The translations under genes and the position numbers were made by a program. A DNA stretch of 63,682 nt from assembly GCA_002633005.1 (NCBI GenBank), contig NMRA01000021.1:1690669-1754350 (forward strand), in the 5' to 3' direction. Each line of letters begins with the position of its first letter. The stretch's first letter is position 1. A model generated the notes under the pieces. That model saw only the letters and a list, made by a program, of their open reading frames with translations, had not been told where the DNA came from and searched no databases. This DNA is from Phoronis australis (lineage: Eukaryota; Animalia; Phoronida). Below, piece after piece: positions 21,454 through 34,700 of this stretch.

Positions 21454-24400
21454 ATGGGTGAGTTGGCTGGCATTATTTCGTTATTACAACAACAAATCAA
21501 CCAACAACAAGAGAATCATCAGAGTTTTGAAGAGATGATCACTAGCAAGCTGATGCACCAACCAACGACATCTACGCCAACTTTTGGTGCGTTCGACAGT
21601 TCAGCGGAACTCTGGGAGGATTATTGGTCTAGATTCCAAACATTTTCAGGGGCACACTCCACACCTATGGACAAAAATTCACAAACTTTCTTAACCAATC
21701 AGACGTCTTCAGTTTATAAGTTACTTGCAACTTTGGCAGAGCAGAAGACACCTTCCAAGGATATCAATCAACTGACAATCAATGAAATTACAGCATATAT
21801 GGAGAATCAATTCAATTTGAAGTATTTTGTAGTCCGGGAGTGATTCAAATGTTGGTCTAACACAAGAAGACAGCCAGGTGAGACAATGCAGGAGCTAGAA
21901 ACTCGTATTCGACAAGACGCTGCAAAATGCGATTTTCCAACGATAAAGGATCCTCAGGATGAAGCTATGAGAACTAGATTTATTTTTTCAATTAATGAGG
22001 CAGTCCTAAAAGCCCTTTTCAAAATAAAAGATGACGAATTATCTTTTCAGAAAGCCATAGAAATAGCAACAGATATTGAAGAGGCGTCCAAAGTTGCAAA
22101 AGAAGCGGTTTACGGAGACCCAGTGCTTAAGTTACAAAAGAAAAGGAGGGAAGAAAGCAGGCAGGGCAAAGCACAGAAGTTTAGGGATTTTCCAAAGGGA
22201 ACATGTCCCCGTTGTGGAAAAAGACCACGCGGCAACGGATTGTCGTTTAAAAGAGACTGAATGCCGTTTCTGTCATAGGAAAAGTCATATAGAGGCTGTA
22301 TGTCTATGCAAAAGAAAGGCTAGGGATAAAGTAAGCAGTATTTTAACAAGGCCAGAACAGAAAGTTAATCACATTTCGGATCGAGATCCAATTCAGATTG
22401 TTGTTCACATATGCGGCAAAAACAGACATTTGACGTAGATACTGGATCACCGGACAATTTCATTTCGGAGAAGGTTTGGTTTAAACTTGGAAAACCTGCT
22501 TTATCTCCACCACACAGTCAGTATTTCGCCGCAAATGAAAAACCATTACCAGTTTTGGGAATTTTCAGTACAAACGCAACATTACAGTCCGATTCGCAGC
22601 ATACAGCAAACATTGAATTAGTAGTACAGAAACACGATTTGAATATTCTTGGCCGAACGGCAGTTCGACAGCTAAAGATTGATGTCACTGCAAGCTGTAG
22701 GAATTCCATTTTGCGGGATGACAACCAAAATCACAAAGTTGGTGTTGTTTGTCATGAGGACAAGAAAAGTGATGTAGAGTTTCAGCACGCTTGTAAAATC
22801 ATCTGCGATGAATTTCCAAACCAATTCAAACCTGAACTGGTATGTTTAAAAGGTTTCGAATTAGATGTAAAATTCAAGCCTGATGTCCAACCCATATTTT
22901 GCAAACCTCGCACAGTTCCTTTTGCATTACTGGATAACTTGAATCTGGCATATGACGCTGGTATTAAACGTGGAATTTGGGAACCTACACAATTCAACGA
23001 GTATGGAACATCAGTTGTCCCCATAAGAAAAGCACCGCTTCCTGGCCAAAGTAAACGGAAATTAAGAGTATGCGGAAATTACTCAGTAACGATCAATCCT
23101 CAGCTTGAAACTCATCGTCATCCGCTACCCCTGTCTGAAGATCTTATGCGAAATCTCAGTGGCGGCTTTTATTTCACGAAAAATGATTTGGCTGATGCGT
23201 ATAATCAGATTAAATTAACATCGGAAAGTCAGAGACGTCTGGCACTATCCACACATCGTGGAATTCTTCTACAAAGGAGATTGCCATTTGGGATTAGTTA
23301 AGCCCCTGGTTATTTCCAGGATATCATGGACAAATTAACTAGCTATTTAAATGGCGTGATTGTATACTTGTATGATATTTTAGTAAGCGGTCGCAACGCA
23401 GAAGAACATCTTTAGAATCTACGAAACCTACTTCAACGTTTGCAAGACAATGGAATGAGATGTCGCTTGGAAAAATGCTCATTTTGTCAGCAAACTGTAG
23501 AATACTTAGGTCACATGCTTTCACGTGATGGCATTAAAGAAGGTAACAAAGTTGATTCTGTTTTGAAAATTCTAGCCCCATCAGATGTTTCCCATCTACG
23601 TTCGTTCCTAGGATCTGATAATTTTACGGAAAGTTAATTCCTAACTTATCTACCTTGATTGCTCCTCTGAGCCATTTGACGCGCAAAAATGTGCCATGGA
23701 AAATGGGAAGATGAGAAGAATGCAGTTTTTCAGCGTATAAAAGAAATACTGTGTACGGATGCAGTTCAGGCTCATTACGATCCTAAACAACAGTTGGGAA
23801 TTTCATGTGAGGCTTCTAATGTTGGGATTGGAGCCGTTCTATTTCATCGCTATCCTAATAGTAGTGAACGTATGACTGCCAATATTTCAAAGATTCTCAC
23901 GGACACCCAAAGGAGGTACAGTCAAATTCAACGTGAGGCTCTGGCAATTGCTTTCGCACTAAAGAAATTTCGCCAATTTCTTTTCGGAAGACGTTTCATT
24001 TTAATAACTGATCACAAACATTTAGTTTCTATTTTCGGATCAACTAAAGGAGTTCCACCTATGGCTGCTAGCAATATGGGCGTTACATCTTAGCCAGTAT
24101 GAATACATAATAGAGTATCGGAAAACATCTGATCATTCTGATGCAGATGCATTGAGTCGCTTACACTGCGGTAAGGATCCAAAATTCGATAGGGAGGAAG
24201 AACAAGCAGACGTGAATGTGGTCTGTTCTGTTAAGCATGTAAGTCTACAACTGAACCCTGTTAACTCCAAATTGCTTAATAAGGAATCTAGCAAGGATTT
24301 TGACATTTCTAAAGCAATGAGATATGCTATATAGGGTTGGCCAATTTCTATGGATTCCGAAGAATTGAAATATTTCAAAAAATTGAAAGATACCTTAACC

Positions 24401-25400
24401 ACAGAAGATGGGTGTCTTTTTCATGGTACACAGATAGTTATTCCAAAGATATTACGAAAACAGGTGTTGGATATGCTTCATTTTGGCCATTTCGGAATGC
24501 AGAGAATGAAGCAACTAGCACGGACAGTGAACTGGTACGTCATTGCACGGCTTGTGCTGAACATCAAAACAGATCACCGAAAGCAGCTATTCATTCATGG
24601 ATGCTACCCGAAAATCCATGGAGCCGTGTTCATGTTGATCATACCATAAACTTTCTTGGAACAAACTGGTTGGTCATGGATAGATGCGTATTCTAAATAA
24701 CAATGCATACAGCCAACATGTTCACTGTCAACAAAAGCAACAACAGGATTGCTTGAAAGAGAGTTTGTGCATTTTGGTTATCCTCACACGTTAGTAACTG
24801 ATAATGCAGCAACATTTTACTCTGAGGAATTCCAGGCTCGGTGCCAAGAACGTGGTATTGTACACCTTACAGGTGCCCCCTACCATCCAGCTACAAATGG
24901 AGCTGCATATCGTTTGATACAGACTTTCAAGCAATCTCTGCGGCAATCTTCTTCGTCGCCAAAAGCAGCGTTACAAGAGTTTTTATTGCAATATCGTCGT
25001 GCACCTCTAGATTCTGGTTATTCTCTAAGCGAATTCTTAAATGGAAGATAAATTCGTTGTAAGCTAGACAGCTTACGTCCTTAACCTGCTCATGTAGTGC
25101 TGGGAAGCAGTCCAGAAATGCTGCGAAACTACAAATTGCTGAGTCCGATCAAACAGTGTCAAAGATTCATATGTATACCATTGGAATGCCATCTTATGCC
25201 TTGTGCTATGGGCCTCGTCAAAGTAGGGACCCTCGCTGGGTACCTGCTGTTGTGACCCGAGTTATCGGTCCACGTTCTGTCAAAGTGAACGTCATGCCAA
25301 GTGGTCCAATCTGGAATCGTCGTATCGATCAGCTGAGACCAAGGTATTGGTCTGAAGAAGATACAGATCCTGGAGATACCACATTTTTGTCAATTGGAGA
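21454..25400 (+). pseudogene. gag-pol polyprotein, inactivated by stops and frameshifts
   Basis: Gag with two CCHC knuckles (CPRCG../H...C, CRFCHRKSHIEAVC); protease FDVDTGS; RT (DLADAYNQI, RLPFG, YLYD in place of YLDD); RNase H (EASNVGIGAVL, YSQIQREALAI, TDHK); integrase (PWSRVHVDH, VTDNAATF, GAPYHPATNG). Confidence 0.9.
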
Positions 25401-25596
25401 ATCCGATACAGATGATAGACAAGCAAGGATTGAAGAGAATTCACAATTACGGCAACAGAGATGCAAACGAGAAAATCGGAAAAGAAGAAGCGTCCAAACC
25501 CACGACTTCCACCGGGAAATGAATATGGGCCACACAACTTGTGAAGGTTTGAGAGACTTAAAAAAAGACAAGCTTTCGCTCAATAAGGCTAGGAGG

Positions 25597-25716
25597 TGCT
25601 GTAATGTTATAGTTTTCTATGACGTCATCCTTTTGTGACGTCATTCTTAATTCCTGTCAATATATTTTACATTTCTTTTATACGTTTCTGCTTCTTTCTA
25701 TTGCAAGAACATAACA
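25597..25716 (+). repeat. 3' LTR
   Basis: TGCTGTAATG...AACATAACA, preceded by AAGGCTAGGAGG and followed by TSD CCAGT. Confidence 0.95.
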
Positions 25717-26322
25717 CCAGTTACAGTATTAGCAAAGAAGACTAAGTCCTAATCTGCTTATTTCGATGGGACGTGAAGAAGAAACACCCAAACACACAAA
25801 AATTGATAATTTTGTTCATGGAAATAACTATAGGTAAAAATGTTCAGTTTGTCATTTGCGACTGGTGTGACACATGAACGCACTCTTATTTTTGAGAACT
25901 CCCTGGTCCATGTGGGGCCCACTGTTGAGGCTAATATCGCAAAGTGGGCAAATTTCCACATGTGGATGATTCAAATCAAGATAACGAATCTGTTCTTTCT
26001 TCAAAAACATATGGTTAAATTAATAAGGTACTTGATAATGTTTAAATCATATATCAAAACATTATTAGCCAAAATTTAGTAACACACTTGTCAATAAACT
26101 GGTTAACTAACTGTTATTCCTGCATGGTTACATAAAATTTCACAAGAGAATCTAACAGAATGTCGAAAATGTCTGTGGTTCTGGGAATGGTGCTGTCAAA
26201 CTAACTCACGTAAACATTTCCGCACGGGCTGGAATGTTCGGTTTTGTCGAGAACAATGCTTGTACCTATATAAAGGGCTTGACATGCGCCTGTCTAAGAC
26301 ACCACCTACATCTATATGCGAA

Positions 26323-26570
26323 GAGGCAGTGTGGCATAGAGGGATAGGTGTCATTTTCCTTTATTCAAAATCGTGGGTTCGAGCCCCACTGAGGCAAACT
26401 GCTACACCCTTGAGTCAGGTATCTAGCTCCTTAGCTCGGTTTTATCTGCATATTAACAAAACATAAAATTGGTTCCAGGTGATTCGTGTAATGTGCTCAT
26501 TCGAGCGGCCTGCGCACGTCTGGTACACCGTATGCTAGACCGCCTGCAATTACTTTTACGCCTATATGCA
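26323..26570 (+). mobile_element. tRNA-derived SINE, degenerate
   Basis: A box TGGCATAGAGGG and B box GGTTCGAGCCC (26376-26386), then a CCCTTGAG..AGG.A central-domain-like motif. A headless paralogous copy lies at about 11728-11870. Confidence 0.6.
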
Positions 26571-27039
26571 AAGCGGATACACTTACATGCGAAACAATTC
26601 AGTAGAAACTCATAATTTCGGATTTAGACGCATGGGTCTGGATACGAACATGCACGCTTATCTAACTATACCTTCCGAAACTAATGTTTCAAGAATGTCA
26701 AAAAATTGGGCGAGTGTGATAATAAAATGAAGATTTGTTTACGTTCCGCAAAGCTTTATTTTGTACCATTTTTTGATCTTAGTGTAATCTTCAAGCGCCC
26801 AAATCATTATTTCTTATGTGAGTCGAGACAAAATTCGATAAGTCTTTCTCATGAATTGAAAAACAACGCGTCACTAGTTCAAAATTAAGCGGTGGCTAAA
26901 TATATAGCCCAGGACTGTAGTCTAATCGTATTTGTAGCAACCGTCAAAACGATATAGTCGCTCGTCTTAAAATCCCTTAACCGACTGCCCAAACCACGAG
27001 GTTTTCACTAAGGTTCCCTACTTAGTCATCTACATGTCA

Positions 27040-27450
27040 ATGGATGACGTAACAACAGGGTGTTCGAATATAACTAATACTGCTAACAGACGGTAACCTG
27101 TCTTCTCAAATGTTTAAGTGTAAACAGAAATTAACTGGAAAACTAATTTAGTTTTATTGAATCAAATGCCTTGAAAAGGTCAATGAATAAAAGTATGAGA
27201 GTGAAGTAATTATCAAAGATATTCAAGGCTGAGTGTTCAAACGAGGATATAATAATTATGTTCTGTAAAGTGTGTGTAAATGTGCTCAATGTTTTAATTT
27301 ATAGGAACAGTTAAAGGTTTTGATAATGCCTCTGCAAGTTTTTTTCAGAATTAGCCCATGTAGGTCATCGATCCCATATGAATGCTTAGATTTCAGGTTT
27401 TGAGTAATGTTTTCGTTCTCTTGATTGAATTTAAATAGGTTATTTCCAGG
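27040..27450 (-). mobile_element. CR1/L2-like LINE reverse transcriptase fragment
   Basis: Minus strand encodes NITQNLKSKHSYGIDDL..ILKK and LFIDLFKAFDSI (RT motif), with stops and deletions. Confidence 0.65.
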
Positions 27451-28746
27451 TTGAACAAGCGGATTCCGGATCACACACATACTTGACTTATGCACCTTGA
27501 GGTGCATGAGGCATCCATGGCTGCGCAACATCTGGTCCGGACTTTCGTTGAGATTTGACGTTTGATTCCTCAACGAATATTCTCCTAATAAACGCGTCGG
27601 GCTTTGTCTTGTCTGTAGAAAACTTCGATAGGTGTTTTCGTGTGGCTAAAAATAAAAATTGTCAATATATGCGCTAAGTAAATGAATAATTATGAGTTAT
27701 GATGAAATATACCAAAATTTTGGGTCCTGGTTAATTAGTCATGTGGATATTGCAAGTTAAAAGTTGGACTTTCTTGTCACACTCTTGCAAGCCGCTTGTG
27801 AGCGCCCACCGCGTTTCAAAACCATAAGGTTGTTTTCCCTCACACTTATCTTCTTGGTAATCCTAAACAACACCCATTTTCGGATTTGGTTTAGGGAACA
27901 TCACCAATGGTAATCCTTCGCTGAAAGAAAAAATTTCCTACGATTCATCATTCATCTTCTTTAAGTGGCCCAAACCCGTGCTTAAGTCACCTGATGTGAC
28001 GAAATAGTCAAGATGATCTTAATGCTTTGCCTGTGCTAATATTGACTGTTTTTGGTAATTTATTTTCCAGGTTTGGTGGAACCCTTAGTTTACCTTAAAC
28101 TGTCCCTTTCCACGTCAATCACCAGCAAGTGTCAGCATGTTTTGGCCTTTAAATTGAACACTCTCTAACGTTTGTCTGACGGGATTTGTCACTGCTCTCA
28201 CTTGATGTCATGATGATGCTGAGTCTGCTACAACTGACCCTGACGTCATCATATATCTCTTGAATACAAGGCAAATTTTCCACATTATTCACATTTTGAC
28301 AACAGGAGGGTAGGCACCGCTTTTCCGAAAGTAGTAATGTTTTGAACAACGGAGGACTTGTAAATTGTTAACCGTTCTAATACTTCAATGCGCAAAGTAC
28401 ATTTACTTGGCTTTCCTGTACCAGCTGAACACTGAGTTCTAAACATGTTTTTGTATTTATTCTATTGGAATCAAAGAACAAACTTTTTCTTGCCCATTTG
28501 AGATGTTACGTCACTAATGCGTCGTGTAATAATCAGTGTAAATTTTCATTCTTCCAATTTTTGATTCGCACCTTTTCAATGATTAATTTTTCTAAGTCAC
28601 GAGGAGAAAACTCTCCGAGAGATTAAGTTGATGTTGAAAACACTCATTAATTTGTTAAAACCTATGCGCAGATGTCCGCGTTGTCATGTCTTCCGGGGAA
28701 AAATTGCGAGTCAAAAACAATCGACAGTACGTTTTATTCAAGAGCC

Positions 28747-28754
28747 TATATAAA
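28747..28754 (+). promoter_or_regulatory. Candidate TATA box of GPCR copy 3
   Basis: Consensus TATATAAA about 75 nt upstream of the ATG, within an upstream block of about 400 bp conserved with copy 1. Confidence 0.55.
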
Positions 28755-28829
28755 GCCACTGCAGACACAATAGCTATTCAGGAATCGTAAAACCTATCCC
28801 TGGAGTCACTGGAGGTCTCTATACCTGAG

Positions 28830-29819
28830 ATGGCGATGATGAATTTCACGAATACTTCAGAGACGCAAACACCATGGTACACGCAAGAGACCATTCCTGA
28901 TGGCGTTCTAGTTGTACACATGACACTTGAAATGTTAATAATAGTTTCGGCTGTTTTTGGTAACTCGTTGGTGATTGGAGCATACGTTGCGTGCGTGACA
29001 ATACGTATGGAACCAAGCAATGTATTTATTATTGCGTTGGCTGTTTTGGATATAACAACAGCAATAGTTAGCGTCCCCGTAAATATTTTTCAAAGGTTTA
29101 TCATTCCGCTTTTCTGGAGAAGCTTGCCCATTGACGCCCTGACGAGCTTTGAGATGTGCATCTTTGCAATTTGCATGAAGACGTTTCCCACTGGAGTTGG
29201 GTATGTCGTTCTTGTCGCTATAGCCGTGGACCGATTCGTCTTCATTGTCTTTCCGCTGCGGTATGCAGTTATCATGACACGTAAAAGATGTTTGCTTATG
29301 GTGACGATTGCGTTCGTTTTCCAAGCAGCTAATGTCATCTGGTTGGCACTGGCCGCTTCCAGAAATAACTACAGTCCAGCCGAGGAAAAGTGTGAAGTCA
29401 GCGAAATATATCTTCAAATGGGCAGAGTCAGTGGATTTACATTTGGCACATTCATTCCAATTGTCCTTATAATCTCACTTCACTCCACAGTTGCTCTCAT
29501 TGCATACCGGAAGAAAAGGAGTGTCGTGGCATCTGCACGATATGTTCAACCGTCTCAAGCGAGAGGTTACAAGATTACGATTTTTATGCTACGTATCGTT
29601 GTGCTATTTCTTATTTGCAATTTGCCAGTTATTTTTGTCTTGACCGCTCCCAAGACAGACGATGTCTCCTGGTGGATGCACTCTCTTAAAAGCTTTTTCG
29701 TTGAGTTGGTTTATTTGAACTCGGCCCTCAACCCGCTTGTTTATGCAAAGTCCATCAAGACGTTTTCCGACGAGTTTAAAAAACTTTTACGCGTAAAACG
29801 AGCACCAGACGCAAATTAG
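28830..29819 (+). CDS. Intronless class A orphan GPCR, copy 3, 329 aa
   Basis: Intact paralog of 5380-6387 with DRF, CNLP and NSALNPLVY. The codon aligned to the copy 1 start is ATA (28821), so a downstream ATG is used. Confidence 0.95.
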   Translation: MAMMNFTNTSETQTPWYTQETIPDGVLVVHMTLEMLIIVSAVFGNSLVIGAYVACVTIRMEPSNVFIIALAVLDITTAIVSVPVNIFQRFIIPLFWRSLPIDALTSFEMCIFAICMKTFPTGVGYVVLVAIAVDRFVFIVFPLRYAVIMTRKRCLLMVTIAFVFQAANVIWLALAASRNNYSPAEEKCEVSEIYLQMGRVSGFTFGTFIPIVLIISLHSTVALIAYRKKRSVVASARYVQPSQARGYKITIFMLRIVVLFLICNLPVIFVLTAPKTDDVSWWMHSLKSFFVELVYLNSALNPLVYAKSIKTFSDEFKKLLRVKRAPDAN

Positions 29820-31634
29820 ACCTTGTATCATGGTAGAGTGGTTTTGTACGACTTGTTATGTTCTGCTTGACTGTAACAAAAAGTAAATTTGTCACTGTAT
29901 TTTGTTCGTGTTTACCTAAAACTGGGCATAATAACGCCTTTTTGCGTGACCACGAGCCATGACAGTCTTTCCTCAGAGCAATATTCACCTATATATGCGC
30001 GAAACTGATCACATGAAATTTATCACACTAACAAGTTAAGGTAACTAAGCTTGTTGCTGTTGAAGGCTTCTAAGTTCAACATTTAGCCAGAATATATCAT
30101 GTATAGAGAGAAAATATTTAGAAATAAGTGTACATTATTGAAAACAAGTACAACATCAGCGTGCGCACAATAGTGCATGTGCGATATGTCGACATTCACT
30201 AATATACTGTGAGGTTTGTCTTATCGATTTATTTATGCATTCCTCTTCCTTGGACGTGCACGTAAATTGGAGCACTTTAGGACCAATTCATGAAATGAAA
30301 TCGAAATACCATACCAAATTTCTTGTTCTTTCTCTTATTGGTATGTTCATGAATTGTTTATTGCTTTTGACGTTTCAGAGACAAATAATAAGGACTTCGT
30401 CAACCTTCGAATTGCCGTAGTCAACTTCCTGAAGATAAAACGGCTATAAACCCGCATTGTTTTCCGCGTATTACTGTACCTGATGATGATATTTGATTAA
30501 CATGTAAACGTCGTTTTCATTCTGCACTCTAGCGTCTTTCCACTTCTTACTGGCTATAAACCCGTATTTCGTTCAAGAAACAAATTTTTGTTTTACATCA
30601 CTTACCGCTTTAAATTAATCTCAACTTGTTCTGATCTCCAAATGTTATTAGTAATTTTTTGGTACGAGAGACTATTAAAAATGGAGACTTTGGGAATTTA
30701 TGGAAAATCCTCCAAGTTGTGTAAAACCAAAATAAAAGGATTATCCACAAAACAGTGTTTTTGAGAGAGTTCGTCTTCACAGTGTTTTTGAGAGAGTTCA
30801 TCTTAGCCGTTTATATGAAGTGAATTTTGATCATAATTGATGCCTTGTTTTGCTATTAATTCACCTTACTTTTTTGCAAAAAATACTAAGAAGACATGGT
30901 CACGTGATACAATTAAAAACAAGTCAAAGTAAAAAAAAATAAATTCTACAAGATTTCTACTTTCAGAAATAAACACTTTTACAGAGTTTGAACTCAGTAA
31001 AATTATAAATTTTCTGATAGTTAAGATCTATAGCATTGTAGGTGTTTGACTAAATACACGGACTTGTCAATAAGGTACCACATTTCAAACGCAAGTAAAG
31101 GCGCCTGATATTCTACGTCATTTTGAAACCTGAAAATGTGTTAGACGTTAGAGAGCAATTTACTGCGATGTTTGAGTGGTGAGGATGAAGATTTTTGTTA
31201 ACTTGTTGGTAAAAACCTGCCACGATGAATTGACAAAATTTTTTACCGTTCGACAGGTACCACTGCGGTGGTAAAAGATGCTAATAACTGAGTAAAATTG
31301 ACTCAAACCTGTCGCTGAGTTGCACTTTTTGTCGAAATTGTGCGTTTAGTGCACGCTTGCATACAACATATAGTTCAGTTTTATTTTATGCGATATTGCA
31401 CACTCTTCTGATGATATCCATTCACCAAAAACACACACCTAAACTTAACACTTACAGAGCCGAAATTAAAGAGATTCTAGATAACATATGAATACAAAAG
31501 TATGCAATATAACTGAGGAAGAAATAGGACTGCATAACGGTGTCGTTTACATGGACGTTTGGATCCCTATTTTGATCGTTATTTTAATCGGCTACACACC
31601 CGTTAAATACGTTACTCTGCCACTTATCGAGTGA

Positions 31635-31705
31635 AGTTCAGCTCCGCCAGGAGAGCGTTAGACAGTGACCGCGGGGATTCCAGTTTCGAATCCGCGCTGA
31701 GGCTG
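31635..31705 (+). repeat. Degenerate tRNA-like/SINE head
   Basis: CAGCTCCGCCAGGAGAGCGTTAGAC ... GTTTCGAATCC shows A/B box-like spacing. Confidence 0.35.
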
Positions 31706-34700
31706 ATACTGCTAACTCCTTTTTGTAGTTTTTTCAAAGAAGTGGCGCGTAATCTGAACTACGGAGAATAGCCACTGCTTCGTTTCAGTGAAACAGATTT
31801 GGAAAATGCCCAACAGCCCACAAAAGAACTGCGCGAAATCAATATTTAATTTAGGTAAGTACTCTATAGCTTTCAAAAGGACTGTATTTACCTGTTGTGC
31901 GGCATCCTGAAACTGTATGTCTTGGCAAAGACCACTATTCGTCTCTAATTATACTACGTGGAAACAATAACGTTTGTCTGGAGGAGTTCCTCACTTAATG
32001 AAAGGCCTCGGTGAAGAGATTATTACAAGAACGTTGCTGTCACATAACATCGATGACTGCTTCAAGCTGTATGATATCCGACGGGACAAAATTTTGTTTT
32101 GTTTTCATTAGAGAGCTCATCTCATTTTATAAAGCTATTCAGCTTAAAATTTCTGAACATTGGAATCTTTTATTGTCGGCGTTTGCTCTGCGCTTTACGG
32201 CAATAAACCCGCCTTTGGCCGTCAATAATCTAAAAACTTTTGATTTCGACCATTATAAAATTAGTATCGAAATTTTCCTTACAAAGATGAGAAAATATTT
32301 CAGGGCTTTAGAAAAACTGGTAGTTAGGTAATGTTCCAGACCATGCACGTCACATAAATTGACACGCCGTGACTAGCTAACTTATCGAGTCTCGCTGGCC
32401 TCAAGCAATAACGAACTGTGCAACTCTAAGCCCATGAATGATCTATTATCCGAGAAAGGGACAGTTAGTTCGTACCAGGTTTATAGCGGTTTATATCTGT
32501 GCTGGTCTCGAGCATGGGGATACTCGACAAGACTTCTTGAACCATTTTCCGATATGACAACGAGATGGCTTTAGAGAAATTGATGAACCGCGTTCTGTCA
32601 TGCATTCTTGATCATCCAGCTTTTATTACCATTATTACCGTGGTCTAGTGAACAATTTGAAAACGAGGCCTATAAGTTTGAGCGTGAACAGCCTCCAATC
32701 CAGTGATCAGGCATGGTCTCATTTTGATAATCGTTATTAGGAGTATGACAAAACTCATTTTTATTGTATGGTTGCAACAATTTAGATTATAGCTGCAGTG
32801 CTTTATTACTCCAAAACTCGAGTGGTTTCATTTTAAACGTCATGGCAAACAATTTCTACTGGTATACTGAGGTTTTTGTTTGCTTTTGTTAATGTGTTAG
32901 TCCTTTAAGTGCGTATGATTCCATTATGTTTTTGTTATTTTCTTTGTGTTATTGCTCATTATTTCATTTTACTAAGTAATTTACGGCTATGTAACTATAT
33001 ATAATATCTGGGCTAATTCTCGGTACCATTATTGCATTGTTTTATACTTGTGCTGCAATAAAAAACGTGGCAATTTGGTCAGACTTTTACCATACTACGT
33101 TATGATTTGATTTGTATGGGTATTTCAAGAAATGGTTTTAGTTTTCGAGATGCTCACCGGACTCTAATGCTAACTGCTAGTCTAAAGGCTGGACAACATG
33201 CATTCTCGTATGGATTTAATGCTGTGAGATATTGTCCACTGTTTTGAAAATTACCACTCTTGTGAGGTGGGATATTCTGACGATTTCCACAAAATTAGCA
33301 AACGTCTCAAAATGTTCGTGAATTAACTTAGCAGTTGCGTTTCGTCCCTGCCAACTCGGCTTGTTTTGCACACAAGGATTAGAAAATAAGTCAAGCGAAA
33401 GTTTTTGTGCTGTCACGGCGCTATAGAATTGTATATAGAATGGGTCTTATTGTTATAACTTTTGAAAGACTCTTTCATTCCCAAAAGTACCCGCCGGAGG
33501 TCTCTGGGCTGTTTTCCATTTGAAGGCGCGAAATTTCAAAAAATACACTGGGCTCTATTTTTAACCCTAAGATTGTTACCTCCACAGGAGAAGACCTGCT
33601 GTTGAATTTGTACTAAAATAGCGGTTTTGAAAAATAAACTTTTTGTAGAAGAAAAGTCAATAGCACACTTCTAGTCAAGACACAACACCGTGCAGGCCGA
33701 GTCATGCCAGGCACCACTCAGGTGTTCTGTCAAAAACTTCTTACATACGTTCACATTCGACTCAAAAGCAATAAGTTAATGGATTTTTCAGCTGTCGTCA
33801 AAATACCCTTTAGTATGTGACTTAGTCTGTCAAATGGCATGACATAGTCATTCAATCGTTTCAGCAGTACTTTCGATGCCGTGGTTGCACATTATTGAGA
33901 TAATTAATATAATGATCAGAGGAGATGCAAGTTACCTGGCAATATCACCGACCCACATCACGTTACAAGTGTTGAAAAATGCTTTTGCCATAAGCAAAAA
34001 AATCGGAAATATGCAGTTTGAAGCATTATGTGTCTAACCTTAGCACCACAGGAAGACTTCACGTGTTTGTATGTGGGTGTCACTGTTGAGTCGCAGCTGT
34101 ATGAGAAGGAAACCCAGTTGTCAACCGTTATAAACCGAGTTTTGGTGTTAAAAACATCTAACTTTCATCAAAGGCCCATCTGACATTGCATCGCGTTTCC
34201 TTTGTTTGAATTTCAATTCCTTTCATCAAAGTATCTGAAATTCCCCTAACGGCCAAACTGCCTTAGTTCCTGAAAATCCGTCATAACAAGCAACTTTTGA
34301 GATGGGCCTGCCCTGGTCCAAAGTAATAACGACCTGATGGTTACATTTCAGCTTATATGAATCCTTTCTAGACTAGGTTAGGAGAAAGAGGATATCTATT
34401 TTATAACAGTTAGTGGTCTACATATAACGTCAAGGTTTTTTTCAGAAGGAGCAGGTTTATCTCCCCTTTTATTGCACATGTATAGAACAAAGTATGCCAT
34501 CACTGACAGCAGAGTCCGGCATGCAATGATGTTTTTGAATTTGAGGCAGATCATAGGAACACGGAAGTTTGTAAATTTATAAATAAAATAATTTCAAACA
34601 CACAATTATTTATCAATTACTAAGCCTTCAAGAGTACCAGAAAATTTACGCGACAGAGGCCTGGTTGCATGAAAAAGTCCTAAGAATAGGGCTAATACTA

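Larger units (their letters stand above)
21303..25716 (+). mobile_element. Full-length decayed Ty3/Gypsy LTR retrotransposon (Mag-like)
   Basis: Two 120-bp TG...CA LTRs, 5-bp TSD CCAGT (21298-21302, 25717-25721), a PBS, a purine-rich PPT before 25597, and domain order gag-PR-RT-RNH-IN. Confidence 0.95.

Noticed and set aside
30752-30805. 27-nt tandem duplication (similar two-copy repeats at about 47759 and 55634)
   Set aside because: Simple two-copy slippage duplications with no spacer structure.
32560-32700. CILDHPAF and AYKFE peptides resembling the P2X7-tail-like Kolobok accessory protein
   Set aside because: Two very short matches in the wrong order, with no TIRs or continuous frame. 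Insufficient support.
33700-34330. Coding-like stretch between the GPCR array and LC3C
   Set aside because: The frames I translated gave no recognisable domain or consistent splice structure.
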